From Acidimicrobiales bacterium (GTDB lineage: Bacteria > Actinomycetota > Acidimicrobiia > Acidimicrobiales > Salinilacustritrichaceae), in NCBI GenBank assembly GCA_037968675.1, contig JBBKVY010000095.1:7294-71293 (forward strand): a stretch of 64,000 bases of DNA, in the 5' to 3' direction. Below, piece after piece: positions 1 through 11,681 of this stretch; positions within the stretch are counted from its first letter, which is position 1; each line of letters starts with the position of its first letter. The notes beneath the pieces are model-generated. The model was not told where the DNA came from, made no database searches, and saw only the letters and a list, made by a program, of their open reading frames with translations. A program made the position numbers and the translations under genes.

Positions 1-120
1 CTGGAACTGGTGGACATCGAAGGGCGGCGCACTCGGGCGCCGCGAGCGCTCTGCCTCGTGCGCGTGAGCGACGGGCGGACCGGAAACGCGTGGGTGGAAT
101 GGAACGACCCGCAGATCTGA
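1..120 (+). CDS. 3' end of a hypothetical protein entering the window
   Basis: Frame 1 is open from base 1 to TGA 118-120 (LELVDIEGRRTRAPRALCLVRVSDGRTGNAWVEWNDPQI). It converges on the next gene 4 nt away. Confidence 0.5.
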   Translation: MELVDIEGRRTRAPRALCLVRVSDGRTGNAWVEWNDPQI

Positions 121-124
121 CTGA

Positions 125-1057
125 TCAGGCCGCGACGGGCGCCGCTTCGGCGTCGCGGACGCCGGCGACGCGAGCGACGACGATGATGGCCACCGCCGCG
201 ACGACCGCCAGTGCAACCGGCCAGAACACGTCGCCGGAGGGAAGCGCCATCTCGGAGCCGTTGGTGCTCTCCTCGCTCCCGGTGCCGTTCGGCCAGGGCC
301 ACAGCACTCGGAGCGAGCCGGCCATGAGGCCGATCAGCCCGGCGAGCATGAGCTGCTCCCACCGATCGAGCGCCCACGACAGCAGGGACGAGAACCCGGC
401 GAGTCCGACGATCGCGCCGAGGCCGAAGACCCCGATGAACAGCAGGTCGCGGTCGTGCACGGCGTCGAGGACCGCGTGGTAGAGCCCGAGCATCAGCAAC
501 AGGAACGACCCGGAGATGCCCGGGAGGATCATGGCGCAGATGGCGATCATGCCGCCGACGAACACGAACGCGAGGTTGGGGTTCGAGACCTGCCCAGACC
601 CGAGCCCGAGGCCGACGAACGCCACCGCGGCGACCCCGGCTGCCACACCGAGATGTTTGGCGTCCCAACGCTTCACCATCGGGACGGTGGTCACGAGCGA
701 ACCGACGACGAGACCGAAGAACACGCCGGCGGTGCGGATCGGCTCGGTCTCGAGGAAGTGGCTGATCACCCCGGCGAGGCTGAGGAGCGCCAGACCGATT
801 CCGGCCAGGAGCGGCAGCAGGAACCACCAGTCGACCTTCTTGAGTTCGGCGACGAACGCCGCCGGTCGGAGACGGACGAGCTGACCCAGCGCTCGGGCGC
901 CCTGGCGGATCTGTTCGACGAGCGTGGCGTAGATGCCGAAGACGAGCGCGACGGTCCCGCCGGAGACGCCGGGAACGACGTCGGCTGCGCCCATGCAGAA
1001 TCCGCGGATGATCTGGAGTGGGGCGAGACGGCTCGGGGGCTTGACGGGTGCGGTCAC
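125..1057 (-). CDS. DUF368 family membrane protein (putative undecaprenyl-phosphate translocase family)
   Basis: Repeated motifs GAADVVPGVSGGTVALVFGIY and AICAMILPGISGSFLLLMLGLY, and many TM helices. GTG 1057 lies 6 nt after a TACCGT -10 hexamer. Confidence 0.9.
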   Translation of the reverse strand: MTAPVKPPSRLAPLQIIRGFCMGAADVVPGVSGGTVALVFGIYATLVEQIRQGARALGQLVRLRPAAFVAELKKVDWWFLLPLLAGIGLALLSLAGVISHFLETEPIRTAGVFFGLVVGSLVTTVPMVKRWDAKHLGVAAGVAAVAFVGLGLGSGQVSNPNLAFVFVGGMIAICAMILPGISGSFLLLMLGLYHAVLDAVHDRDLLFIGVFGLGAIVGLAGFSSLLSWALDRWEQLMLAGLIGLMAGSLRVLWPWPNGTGSEESTNGSEMALPSGDVFWPVALAVVAAVAIIVVARVAGVRDAEAAPVAA

Positions 1058-1135
1058 GGCACGACGGTACTGGCGACCGCGTTCGCCGCCCCAACATGGG
1101 GACACGGGTGTTGACCGAGGGGTCAGGATCGAGCA

Positions 1136-2887
1136 GTGTCGGCGCCTGTGACCTCCGCCGAAGCGACCGCCCCCACACCACCCACATTCGAACAGGCGAC
1201 CGCCGCCGTGACCGCCCCCGGTCAACGATTCGAGACCACGACGATCGATGTGGCCGGTCGTCCGACCACCGCGTTCGCCAACGCGCCGGGCACGCTCCGT
1301 CAGTGGTGGGCGACGGCGCGACAGCGACCGGACGAGACGTACCTGATCTACGAGGACGAGCGGTGGACGTTCGGCGAGGTGATGGCCTGCGTCGACGGCC
1401 TCGCCCACGCGTTGCGCCACGATCTCGGGGTCTCGAAGGGTGACCGCGTGGCCATCGGGATGCGCAACTACCCGGAGTGGATCTGCGGCATCGCGGCCAT
1501 CACCAGCATCGGCGCCATCTCGGTCTCGCTGAATTCGTGGTGGACCGAGGACGAGACGGACTTCGCGCTCCGCGACTCGGGATCGACGGTGCTGCTGGCC
1601 GACATCGAACGGGTCGGTCGTGCTGCCGCGACCATGGCCGACACCGGTATGTCGGCGCTCGTGGTGCGGGCCGGCGATGTCGAACTGCCCGCCGGTGCTC
1701 GCCACTTCGACGACGTCGTCGACCGGACGAAGCCCATGCCCGACGTCGATGTCGATCCCGGCGACGATGCCACGATCCTCTACACCTCGGGCACGACCGG
1801 GCGACCCAAGGGCGCCGTCTCGACCCATCGGTCGATCGTCCAGGCGTTGTTCGGTTTCGCGTGCCGCGGCGTGATCGAGAGCCTGCGGAAGCCGTCCCCG
1901 GACGACGGGGCGGCGGACGGACCGCTCTGTTTCATCCTCGTCGTCCCGCTGTTCCACGTGACTGGCTGCATCCCGGTGATGATGAGCACGTTCGCCGGCG
2001 GCGTGAAGCTCGTGATCATGTACAAGTGGGATCCCGAGCGCGCACTCGAGCTGATCGAGCGTGAGCGGGTCACCAACCTCGTCGGTGTCCCGACGATGTC
2101 GTGGGATCTCCTCGAGTCCCCGGATTTCGACCGCCGCGACACGTCGTCGCTGCGCAGCGTCGGCGGTGGGGGCGCACCCGCTCCGCCCGAGCTGGTCAAG
2201 CGGGTCGAGTCGTCCTTCGCCAAGGGTCGGCCGTCGATCGGCTACGGGATGACCGAGACCAACGCGTACGGCCCGCAGAACTCTGGTGACGACTACGTCA
2301 GCCATCCTCGTTCAACGGGACGTGGGACCCCGATCCTCGAGCTGAAGGTGATCGACTCCGCCGGGGAGACCCTCCCGCCCGGGCAGCTCGGAGAGATCTG
2401 CTTCAAGGGTCCCCACCTGATCCGTGGCTACTGGAATCGTCCCGACGCCACAGCCGAGACGATCGTCGACGGCTGGCTGCGATCCGGAGACCTCGGCCGG
2501 ATCGACGACGAGGGCTTCGTCTACGTCGAGGACCGAGCCAAGGACATGATCCTGCGCGGTGGCGAGAACGTCTACTGCGCAGAGGTCGAAGCGGTGATCT
2601 ACGAGCACCCTGCCGTGTACGAGGCCGCCGTCTTCGGCGTTCCGCACGACCGCTTGGGCGAGGAGGTCGCCGCGGCGATCCACCTACGCGCATGGGCCGA
2701 TCTGGATGCTGACGGGCTCCGTGCGTTCCTCGCCGAGCGTCTTGCTGGCTTCAAGCTCCCGACGCTGGTCACCTTCCATGCGACCCAGCTCCCGCGGAAC
2801 GCGAGCGGGAAGATCCTCAAGCGCGATCTTCGAGATGACGTGGTCGATGGCGGGTCGCCCGCCGCAGATCACGCTCAACGTCCGTAG
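1136..2887 (+). CDS. Long-chain acyl-CoA ligase (class I adenylate-forming enzyme)
   Basis: Motifs YTSGTTGRPKG, GYGMTET, SGDLG, DRAKDMILRGGENV and PRNASGKILK. Confidence 0.93.
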   Translation: MSAPVTSAEATAPTPPTFEQATAAVTAPGQRFETTTIDVAGRPTTAFANAPGTLRQWWATARQRPDETYLIYEDERWTFGEVMACVDGLAHALRHDLGVSKGDRVAIGMRNYPEWICGIAAITSIGAISVSLNSWWTEDETDFALRDSGSTVLLADIERVGRAAATMADTGMSALVVRAGDVELPAGARHFDDVVDRTKPMPDVDVDPGDDATILYTSGTTGRPKGAVSTHRSIVQALFGFACRGVIESLRKPSPDDGAADGPLCFILVVPLFHVTGCIPVMMSTFAGGVKLVIMYKWDPERALELIERERVTNLVGVPTMSWDLLESPDFDRRDTSSLRSVGGGGAPAPPELVKRVESSFAKGRPSIGYGMTETNAYGPQNSGDDYVSHPRSTGRGTPILELKVIDSAGETLPPGQLGEICFKGPHLIRGYWNRPDATAETIVDGWLRSGDLGRIDDEGFVYVEDRAKDMILRGGENVYCAEVEAVIYEHPAVYEAAVFGVPHDRLGEEVAAAIHLRAWADLDADGLRAFLAERLAGFKLPTLVTFHATQLPRNASGKILKRDLRDDVVDGGSPAADHAQRP

Positions 2888-3192
2888 CGGCGTAGTTCCC
2901 CGCCGCGTGCCAGCTCAGCGCGCCGAGTGGCGGGATGCACCGTGGTCATGTTGCGATCCCAGCCGGCCTCGATCCGCCACACGTCTCGGATCACGTAGTC
3001 GGCGCACCCGTAGGTCTGTGGCATGCACGGCGTCTCTGCGTGGCAGTGGATCAGTCGGATGCGACGCCCCGTGGTCGGGAGGTCCATCTCGTCGATGTCG
3101 GTGATGTCCGGGTCGGACTGCCACTCCGAGCGGATCTGCCCCCCTCGACGGCGTCGTCGAGGGGTCTGGGTCCCGCGAGGTGCGCTGGTCAT
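2875..3192 (-). CDS. Small hypothetical protein (start uncertain)
   Basis: The central codons are almost all G/C-ending and the composition is protein-like (EWQSDPDITDIDEMDLPTTGRRIRLIHCHAETPC...WRIEAGWDRN). It fills an otherwise empty gap. Confidence 0.45.
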   Translation of the reverse strand: MTSAPRGTQTPRRRRRGGQIRSEWQSDPDITDIDEMDLPTTGRRIRLIHCHAETPCMPQTYGCADYVIRDVWRIEAGWDRNMTTVHPATRRAELARGGELRRYGR

Positions 3193-3345
3193 GACGTCCT
3201 GCGCAGGACAGCTCTCCCGGCCGCTCCAGGGTCGAGGACGTGACCTGATGGTCGCACGTCAGCGGCCATCGGGGGTCCGTTACGCGGAACGCCGCCGCAG
3301 CCAGGCGGTGGATGCGGCGGCGAACCGGGACGTCAGGAGTGAGGA

Positions 3346-3912
3346 TCAGCCGTGGTGACCCTGTTCCTCGAGCTGGCCGCGGACGGCGCCACTCAGGTAC
3401 TCGGTGTTGTGGACGTTGAAGTAGTAGGCGTCCGGGTTGGCGAGGATGTCCTGGACGATGCCGGGGCCGGCGTCGGCGGTGAACTTGCCGTCCTCGTCCT
3501 CGGAGAGGCAGTCGGCTGCTTGGCCGTCGGTCGGAAAGGCCAGGTTGGCCACGACGGGACCGTTCGCACCTTCGGCGCCCCGGTGGATGTGGGCAGCGCG
3601 GCCGTCGCCCGGGTTCTGGCCGAGTTCGGCGATCTTGTCGACGATCAGGATGTAGCAGAGGGTGTCGAGGTTGTCGTCGACGACGACGCCGCCGACCCTG
3701 TCGGGATCGATGCCGAAGACGTAGCCCTCGCCGCGACCGCTCGGATCGCCGGCGATCTTGTTCGACTTGGCGTTGCTCGAGACCTCGTTGCGCCCCGAGA
3801 GATCGGACTCGAGCAGCGGATTGAGGTGGCCGGCAGAGGCGAGGGAGGTTCCCCCGACGACGAGTCCGGCGGCGAGGCCGATGGCGGCGAGACGTGAGGT
3901 GCGGCGTTTCAT
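3346..3912 (-). CDS. Secreted CHRD-domain protein
   Basis: Signal peptide ending ASA. CHRD-like motifs LSGRNEV, AAHIHRGAEGANGPVV and YYFNVHNTEYLSGAVRGQL. SD AGGGGA. Confidence 0.82.
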   Translation of the reverse strand: MKRRTSRLAAIGLAAGLVVGGTSLASAGHLNPLLESDLSGRNEVSSNAKSNKIAGDPSGRGEGYVFGIDPDRVGGVVVDDNLDTLCYILIVDKIAELGQNPGDGRAAHIHRGAEGANGPVVANLAFPTDGQAADCLSEDEDGKFTADAGPGIVQDILANPDAYYFNVHNTEYLSGAVRGQLEEQGHHG

Positions 3913-4017
3913 GACGATGGTTTCCCCTGAGGTTCGATGAGTGGTGAGGAGTCGCGACCGCCAGATCCACGCTCCACCGACTTCTCCGGATCCAGCGCAC
4001 GGTCTGGATTTTGAACG

Positions 4018-4836
4018 TCAGGAGATGTTCAGGGGCCTCGGCGCGAGGGCGGCGTCGAAGGCCGCGATGATGTGGTCGGACCACACGGCGTAGCCGGCGC
4101 CGGACGGGTGGAACCGGTCGGCCGACAAGAAGTTCCGGAGATCGCGACGTCGGATCCAGTCGGGACGCTGCCGGACGGACGCGTAGAACACATCGACCCG
4201 GTCGTCGGCGATCCGGCGGAGGGCGAGGTCGAGCCACAGTGCTCGTAGAGACGCGATCGTCCGGAGCGGTCGGGGCAGCCGGATGGCGTCACTCAGCTGC
4301 GGGATCGACACGAGGACGACCGGTGCGCCCTCGCCCGCCTGCACGATGCGTTCCACGTTGGCCCGGAAGCGGTGACGCGGTGTCAGAGCCGAGATGTCGT
4401 TCGCACCGACGGTCACCCCGATGGCGTCGACTCGTTGGCCGATCTGTCCCAGGCCGTGTCGCAACTGCTGCAGGGCCGGGATCTGCGTCTCGATGACGTC
4501 GTCACTCGTCGCTCCGGGTTCGGCGAAGACGTGGAGTCGGGTGTCCTGGTTCCGTCCCGTCGCCACCAGACGGGGAAGCGAGAGATCCGGCGAGATGGCG
4601 CCCATCCCGGCCGCCAGGCTGTCGCCCAGCCAGACGATGCGGCAGAGCACGTCGTTCTCGCCGTCGACCATGCCGTCGAGCGGCGTCGTGACGTAGGGCT
4701 CGTTCGAGACCGCGAGCCGAGCCTGGAGGTAGGCGATCGCGCTGACGGCGCTGACCGTAGCGGCGCCGACTGCACTGACGATGACGCCGTTGCGGACGAC
4801 CCGCGATGGCGGTGGAGGCTCCTGTCGCCACCACAT
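4018..4836 (-). CDS. SGNH/GDSL hydrolase with N-terminal membrane anchor
   Basis: Block I LGDSLAAG, block III GANDI and block V DRFHPS. Starts 8 nt after the sdhB stop. Confidence 0.87.
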   Translation of the reverse strand: MWWRQEPPPPSRVVRNGVIVSAVGAATVSAVSAIAYLQARLAVSNEPYVTTPLDGMVDGENDVLCRIVWLGDSLAAGMGAISPDLSLPRLVATGRNQDTRLHVFAEPGATSDDVIETQIPALQQLRHGLGQIGQRVDAIGVTVGANDISALTPRHRFRANVERIVQAGEGAPVVLVSIPQLSDAIRLPRPLRTIASLRALWLDLALRRIADDRVDVFYASVRQRPDWIRRRDLRNFLSADRFHPSGAGYAVWSDHIIAAFDAALAPRPLNIS

Positions 4837-4844
4837 CGCGAGTG

Positions 4845-5606
4845 TCAGCGCTGGCCGAGCAGCTTGCGGTTCTTGAGCTGCGCCTTGACGTAGTCGCGGT
4901 TCATGAAGGCGATGTAGTCGAGGGGGATCTCCTTGGGGCAGGCCTCCGTGCACTCACCGTGATTGGTGCACGAGCCGAAGTACTGCTCCATCGTCCCGAC
5001 CATGCCCAGCACTCGCTGGTTCTTCTCGGCCTGGCCCTGGGGCAACAAGTTGAGATGCTCGATCTTGGCTGCGGTGAAGAGCTGTGCCGCCGAGTTGGGG
5101 CACGCTGCCACGCAGGCGCCGCAGCCGATGCAGGCTGCTGCGTCGAACGCTGCGTCGGCAGCGTCCTTCGGCACCGGGATGAGGTTGGCGTCGGGGCCGG
5201 CGCCGGTGGGGGCGGTGATGTAGCCGCCGCTCTCGACGATGCGGTCGAACGGTGAGCGGTCGACGACGAGGTCCTTGAGCACCGGGAACGCGGCGGCGCG
5301 CCACGGCTCGATGTTGATCGTGTCGCCGTCGGAGAACTTGCGCATGTGGAGCTGGCACGTGGCCGTGCCCTTCTGCGGGCCGTGCGCCTGACCGTTGATC
5401 ATCACGCCACACGAACCACAGATGCCCTCGCGGCAGTCGTGTTCGAACTCGACCGGTTCGGAACCCTCGGCGATCAGCTTCTCGTTGAGGACGTCCAGCA
5501 TCTCGAGGAACGACATCTCCGGTGACACGTCGTCGAGCTCGTAGGTCTGCATCGCGCCCGTGGCGTCGCGGTCGCTCTGACGCCAGATGTTGAGCTTGAG
5601 CTTCAT
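4845..5606 (-). CDS. sdhB: Succinate dehydrogenase/fumarate reductase iron-sulfur subunit
   Basis: Cluster motifs [22 protein letters not shown] and [12 protein letters not shown]. Confidence 0.96.
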   Translation of the reverse strand: MKLKLNIWRQSDRDATGAMQTYELDDVSPEMSFLEMLDVLNEKLIAEGSEPVEFEHDCREGICGSCGVMINGQAHGPQKGTATCQLHMRKFSDGDTINIEPWRAAAFPVLKDLVVDRSPFDRIVESGGYITAPTGAGPDANLIPVPKDAADAAFDAAACIGCGACVAACPNSAAQLFTAAKIEHLNLLPQGQAEKNQRVLGMVGTMEQYFGSCTNHGECTEACPKEIPLDYIAFMNRDYVKAQLKNRKLLGQR

Positions 5607-5621
5607 GGTGTTCTCCGGCCT

Positions 5622-7540
<1,919 letters not shown>

Positions 7541-7544
<4 letters not shown>

Positions 7545-8470
7545 TCGCCTGCCTCCTGCAGTTCACGAGTCGGTGCGTTGGACTTGTAGACCTCGAGGAT
7601 CTTGTGTCGATCGCTGTCGGAGAGGTCGTCGAACTCGTCGACACCGAGCGCGCCGTTGCGGAGCGCGTCGGCGAAGACCTCTTCGCAGGTGACGACCCGG
7701 TCGCCCTCTTCGAAGCAGACGTCGTCTTCGGCGACGCCGGTCACGACGGTGAGCGGGAAGCTCAGGTTGCCCACGGTCACGAGCACCGCGAAACCGATGG
7801 CGAAGTTACGTCGCCAGGCGTTGTACTTCGGGTTGTTGATGCCGAGGCTCTGGAACATGCTCCAGGCGCCGTGCCAGAGATGGATGCCGAGTGCCACGTT
7901 GGCGATGACGTAGATGGCGGCGACCGGCGCATTGGTGAGGCTTGCCTGCAGGTTCCGGTACACGTCGCCGCGGACGAAGTCCGGGTTGACGAATCCCCAC
8001 GTCAGATCGGCGAGGTGGAAGGCGAGGTAGGCGAGGATGATGACGCCGGTCCAGCGCATCGATCGGCTGGCGGCGCTGGCGGCGATGTAGTCACGGCTCG
8101 TGGCGTAGCCGCCGGCCTGGGCCCGGCGATTCATCCGGGTCAGGCTGTAGGCGGAGTGGATGTGGAGCACGAAGGCCACGATCAGCCCGATGCGTGCGAT
8201 CCAGAGAAAGACGGTGCGGGGCAGGATGGGTACGGCGATCTCCCGGAGGAACTCGCCGTACTCGTTCATGCCGTGGGCGCCCTCGTAGAGATGCAGGTTG
8301 CCGATCATGTGGTAGGCGACGAAGCCCATCAACATGATCCCGGTGAGGGCCATGACCCACTTCTTGCCGACCGCCGAACGGTAGAACTCCACCGGCCACG
8401 GCGCGGGGCGTCGGGCTGGATGGACCGGCGCGACCTGCCCGCCGGCAGCCGCGTTCTCCCTGGTTTGCAT
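7541..8470 (-). CDS. sdhC: Succinate dehydrogenase cytochrome b subunit (single large anchor type) with C-terminal extension
   Basis: Motif [13 protein letters not shown], heme-ligand His in YHMIGNL, LHIHSA, FHLADL and IHLWHG. It overlaps the sdhA start (ATGA). TACGTT lies 6 nt before the ATG. Confidence 0.92.
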
Positions 8471-8544
8471 GGTCCGAACGTACCCCGCGATCAGGCGGGT
8501 TCCGAACTCACGGACTCGACGTCGTCGGCGTCGGCCCCCGACGG

Positions 8545-10695
8545 CTACGACGTCGAGTCCGAGGTGATGGCGGACTCGTAGCGGTTGGTGACCTCGTCGT
8601 CGCCGACGCGACCGGTCAGCGAGAGCGAGAGATCGCCCGCCGCATCAGGGACCTCGAATTGGATCGTCCCGATCCGCGCGCACGAATCCGCGGGCACGTC
8701 GCCCTCGAACGCCCACGCGTGGCCACCGCCCGACCAGGTCAGGCGGGCGTCGACACGGCCGGAGAGATCGACCCGGCGATCGGAGACGACGTGTACGTCG
8801 AGGGCGACCGGGTCCCCGGGGTCGAGCGATGCGGGCAGTCGGTCGGCGACCACGATGACCGGCTGGCAGGCGGCAGCCAGTGCGTCGTAGGCGAGCTTCG
8901 GAGCCCGTTCGTGGTCGAGCACCGACCAGGTGATGGCCGGGTGTGCGTCGGCGAACGAGAACTGTGCGAAGCCACCCGTGGGCCGGTACTTCAACCGTCG
9001 CAGCGTCTCGATGTGATGTCGGACGACCGTCGCCTGGTACTCCTGCGTCGCCCGCTTCCACGAGTCGTAGGTGTGGCCATCGCGCGGCACGTACTTGTCG
9101 AGGATCGACCGCTGGAGGTTGTGGGTGGTGGTCAGTTCCTCCCAGGCGAGATCGGGCCACGCCGACGGATCGATGAAGTCGTCGGTCGGGGGGATGGACT
9201 GGGCCCCGAATTCGGTCGGGAAGCGGACCTGGCTCGGCAGTGCCTTCGCGAACCCGGGGAAGTCGCGCTCGTTGCCGAAGTACCAGCCGAAATAGAGATG
9301 GCTGTCGGTGCCCTGGAGTCTGGGCAGGTGGGGCAGGACGCCCGAGTGGGCGATGGTGGGCCGGGTTCCGTCGGTCCGGTCGATGGCCCGCTTGACGGCG
9401 CGATCGAGCACCGACTTGTTCCACGTGGGGAGCTGCATCGACGCCAGCGCCCGCACGCCCATCTGCGCCGTCCGCTTCGGGTCGGCGAACGCATCGGCGT
9501 CGATGTCGAGACGCATGGGCTCGTTGTGTCCGCACCAGATCGCGATCGACGGGTGGTGGCCGAGCATCGAGACCATGCCGCTCGCCTGCCGCACCGCCTG
9601 TTTCTTGATCTGGCGGGCGTACCCCCACTGGAGTGGGAAGTCCTGCCAGACGAGCATCCCGGCTTCGTCGGCGGCGTCGTAGGTCTCCGGACGGGCGACG
9701 TGACCGTGGATGCGGACCAGATCGAGCCCCGCTGCCTTCGCGAGGTCGATGTCGTGCCGGCAGTCGGCCTCGGTGGCCTCGGCGATCGCCATGCGGGTCG
9801 GGCCCATGTTGGTGCCCTTGAGGAACAGCCGCTCCCCGTTGACACGCATCGTCCACTTCTTCAGGGCGATCCGACGCAGTCCGGTCCGGAAGCGGCGCGT
9901 GTCGGACACCGAGCTGCCGGCGGCGTCACGGAGACGCACCTCGACCTGCACGGTCTCGAGCGCCGCATCGCCCAGCGCATGGGGCCACCAGAGTCTCGGT
10001 CGGTCGATGACGACGCTCCACTCGACGGTGTTGGTGCCGGTGGCGAGGGTGTGGTCGAGACCGTGGTCGATCGAGCCGACCGTGGTACGGACGTGGGCAT
10101 CGGTCCCCTCGGTCGCATCGAGTTCGGCCACGAAGGCCAGTACGGCGCGCTCTTCGGTCGCTTCGATGCAGCGCGTCGTCAGGCGCGAGATGCGGACCGG
10201 TCCGGTCTGGGTGAGGTGCACGGGACGCCAGATGCCGCCCGGGTTCCAGTCAGGATCGATCGCGTCCCAGTGCTGGAACACGCCCGTGATGTTGCGCTTG
10301 TTGGCCCGGTCGGTCTGCGGTGCACACGCCAACTCGACCGCGAGGATGTGCTCGGAGCGGTCGCGGAGCTGATCGGTCACCTCGAACGTGTGCGGGAGGA
10401 AGTAACCCTCGGTGTCGCCGAGGTAGGTGCCGTCGAGCCAGACGTCGCCTTGGTAGAAGAGCCCGTCGAAACGGACCCACCACCGTCGATCGGCAGGTCC
10501 GGGCGGCTGCGCGAACGACGTGCGGTGCAGCATCGGGCCGTCGTGGTCTCCGAAGGCCGGTGTGGTCCGCCAGTGTCCCGGCACCTCGATCGGTTCCCAT
10601 GCCGACTCGTCGAGGTCGGGCTCTGCGAAGGTCCGCCGCAGCTCGTCGTCGGCAGGCACCGCCACCCATCGATCGGAGATCGGCCGTTCGTTCAC
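8545..10695 (-). CDS. Glycoside hydrolase family 2, beta-mannosidase-like
   Basis: GH2 sugar-binding domain (RFDGLFYQGDVWLDG), GIWRPV, VWQDFP, acid/base WCGHNEP and nucleophile TEFGAQS. Confidence 0.85.
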   Translation of the reverse strand: MNERPISDRWVAVPADDELRRTFAEPDLDESAWEPIEVPGHWRTTPAFGDHDGPMLHRTSFAQPPGPADRRWWVRFDGLFYQGDVWLDGTYLGDTEGYFLPHTFEVTDQLRDRSEHILAVELACAPQTDRANKRNITGVFQHWDAIDPDWNPGGIWRPVHLTQTGPVRISRLTTRCIEATEERAVLAFVAELDATEGTDAHVRTTVGSIDHGLDHTLATGTNTVEWSVVIDRPRLWWPHALGDAALETVQVEVRLRDAAGSSVSDTRRFRTGLRRIALKKWTMRVNGERLFLKGTNMGPTRMAIAEATEADCRHDIDLAKAAGLDLVRIHGHVARPETYDAADEAGMLVWQDFPLQWGYARQIKKQAVRQASGMVSMLGHHPSIAIWCGHNEPMRLDIDADAFADPKRTAQMGVRALASMQLPTWNKSVLDRAVKRAIDRTDGTRPTIAHSGVLPHLPRLQGTDSHLYFGWYFGNERDFPGFAKALPSQVRFPTEFGAQSIPPTDDFIDPSAWPDLAWEELTTTHNLQRSILDKYVPRDGHTYDSWKRATQEYQATVVRHHIETLRRLKYRPTGGFAQFSFADAHPAITWSVLDHERAPKLAYDALAAACQPVIVVADRLPASLDPGDPVALDVHVVSDRRVDLSGRVDARLTWSGGGHAWAFEGDVPADSCARIGTIQFEVPDAAGDLSLSLTGRVGDDEVTNRYESAITSDSTS

Positions 10696-11681
10696 GGCGT
10701 TCGCCAGTCGCGGAGGACACGGGCGGGGGTGGTGACGGCGCGGCCGATCCGGTGCGACGGGCTCGACAGGACGCGGTCGAGTTCCGCTCGGAGGTGGGTG
10801 CTCGATTCGGAGTCCTCACGGAGCCGGGCCACTGCGGATCGCAAGGCGTCGCGAGGCCGATCGGCCAGGTCCGCGAACTCGTGCGGGAGGTCTCGGTCGA
10901 GCGCCGACCCGAGATCGACGAGGCGCGCGACGTCTCGCGGCGCGCCGTCGAGCACTGCGTCGCACCACGCATCGAGCAGATCGGCCGGAGCCTGCGGGTG
11001 CCCGTCGATCCGTTCCAGGACGAGTCCGAACTCGTCGGATCTTGAATCCTCGTCCTCGCGCATCCAGGCATGGACGAGCCGAAAGGTCACGATGTCGGCC
11101 GCAGCCAGCGTGGTGAGGAGGGACACGAACTCGTCGCCCGTCCAGCAGTGCACGTGGATCGACCTGCGCCGGTGCAGTGCGAACAGGTCCGGTCCGAGCC
11201 GGGCCGGGTCGTGCCACGAACGCACCGGCTCGGGGTGGAACGGGGGTTGCACCCAGATGGCCTCGCAGAACTCGGCAATGTGGTGGTCGGAGACCTCGGT
11301 GATGCCGGCGTCGAACTCGTCGATGACGTGGTGAGCCGGAGTCGGTGGGCGGACACGGTCGAACGTCGTCTCCCGGTCCGGGACCGCCAGCACCACGCGG
11401 CCGCCCACCCGTGCGACGCGATGGAGTTCGACGATCGAGCGGACGGGGTCGGCCACGTGCTCGATCAGATGGGACGCGATCACGACGTCGAACGACTGGT
11501 CGGCGAACTGGTCGAGTCCGGTGCGGTCGAGGTCGACCTCGAACTGCGTCTGCGGACCACGTGGCGTGCCGACGAGTTCGGGCCACGTCTCGTCCCGGCC
11601 CCCGACCCGCTTGTCGGCGTAGCGCACGTTCGCTGCGGGCGACACCGGGAAGGGCTCGCTCCCGGGTCCGATCTCGAGCAC
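10692..11681 (-). CDS. Class I SAM-dependent methyltransferase with C-terminal helical tail (true start may be about 11747)
   Basis: Motif I VLEIGPG, FDVVIASHLIEH and RVARVGGRVVLAVPD. The stop overlaps the GH2 GTG. Confidence 0.82.
   Translation of the reverse strand: MLEIGPGSEPFPVSPAANVRYADKRVGGRDETWPELVGTPRGPQTQFEVDLDRTGLDQFADQSFDVVIASHLIEHVADPVRSIVELHRVARVGGRVVLAVPDRETTFDRVRPPTPAHHVIDEFDAGITEVSDHHIAEFCEAIWVQPPFHPEPVRSWHDPARLGPDLFALHRRRSIHVHCWTGDEFVSLLTTLAAADIVTFRLVHAWMREDEDSRSDEFGLVLERIDGHPQAPADLLDAWCDAVLDGAPRDVARLVDLGSALDRDLPHEFADLADRPRDALRSAVARLREDSESSTHLRAELDRVLSSPSHRIGRAVTTPARVLRDWRTP

Noticed and set aside
1058-2305. N-terminal 416 aa of the 726-aa ORF 125-2305
   Set aside because: It is the antisense of the acyl-CoA ligase. 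The DUF368 similarity begins only at 1057.
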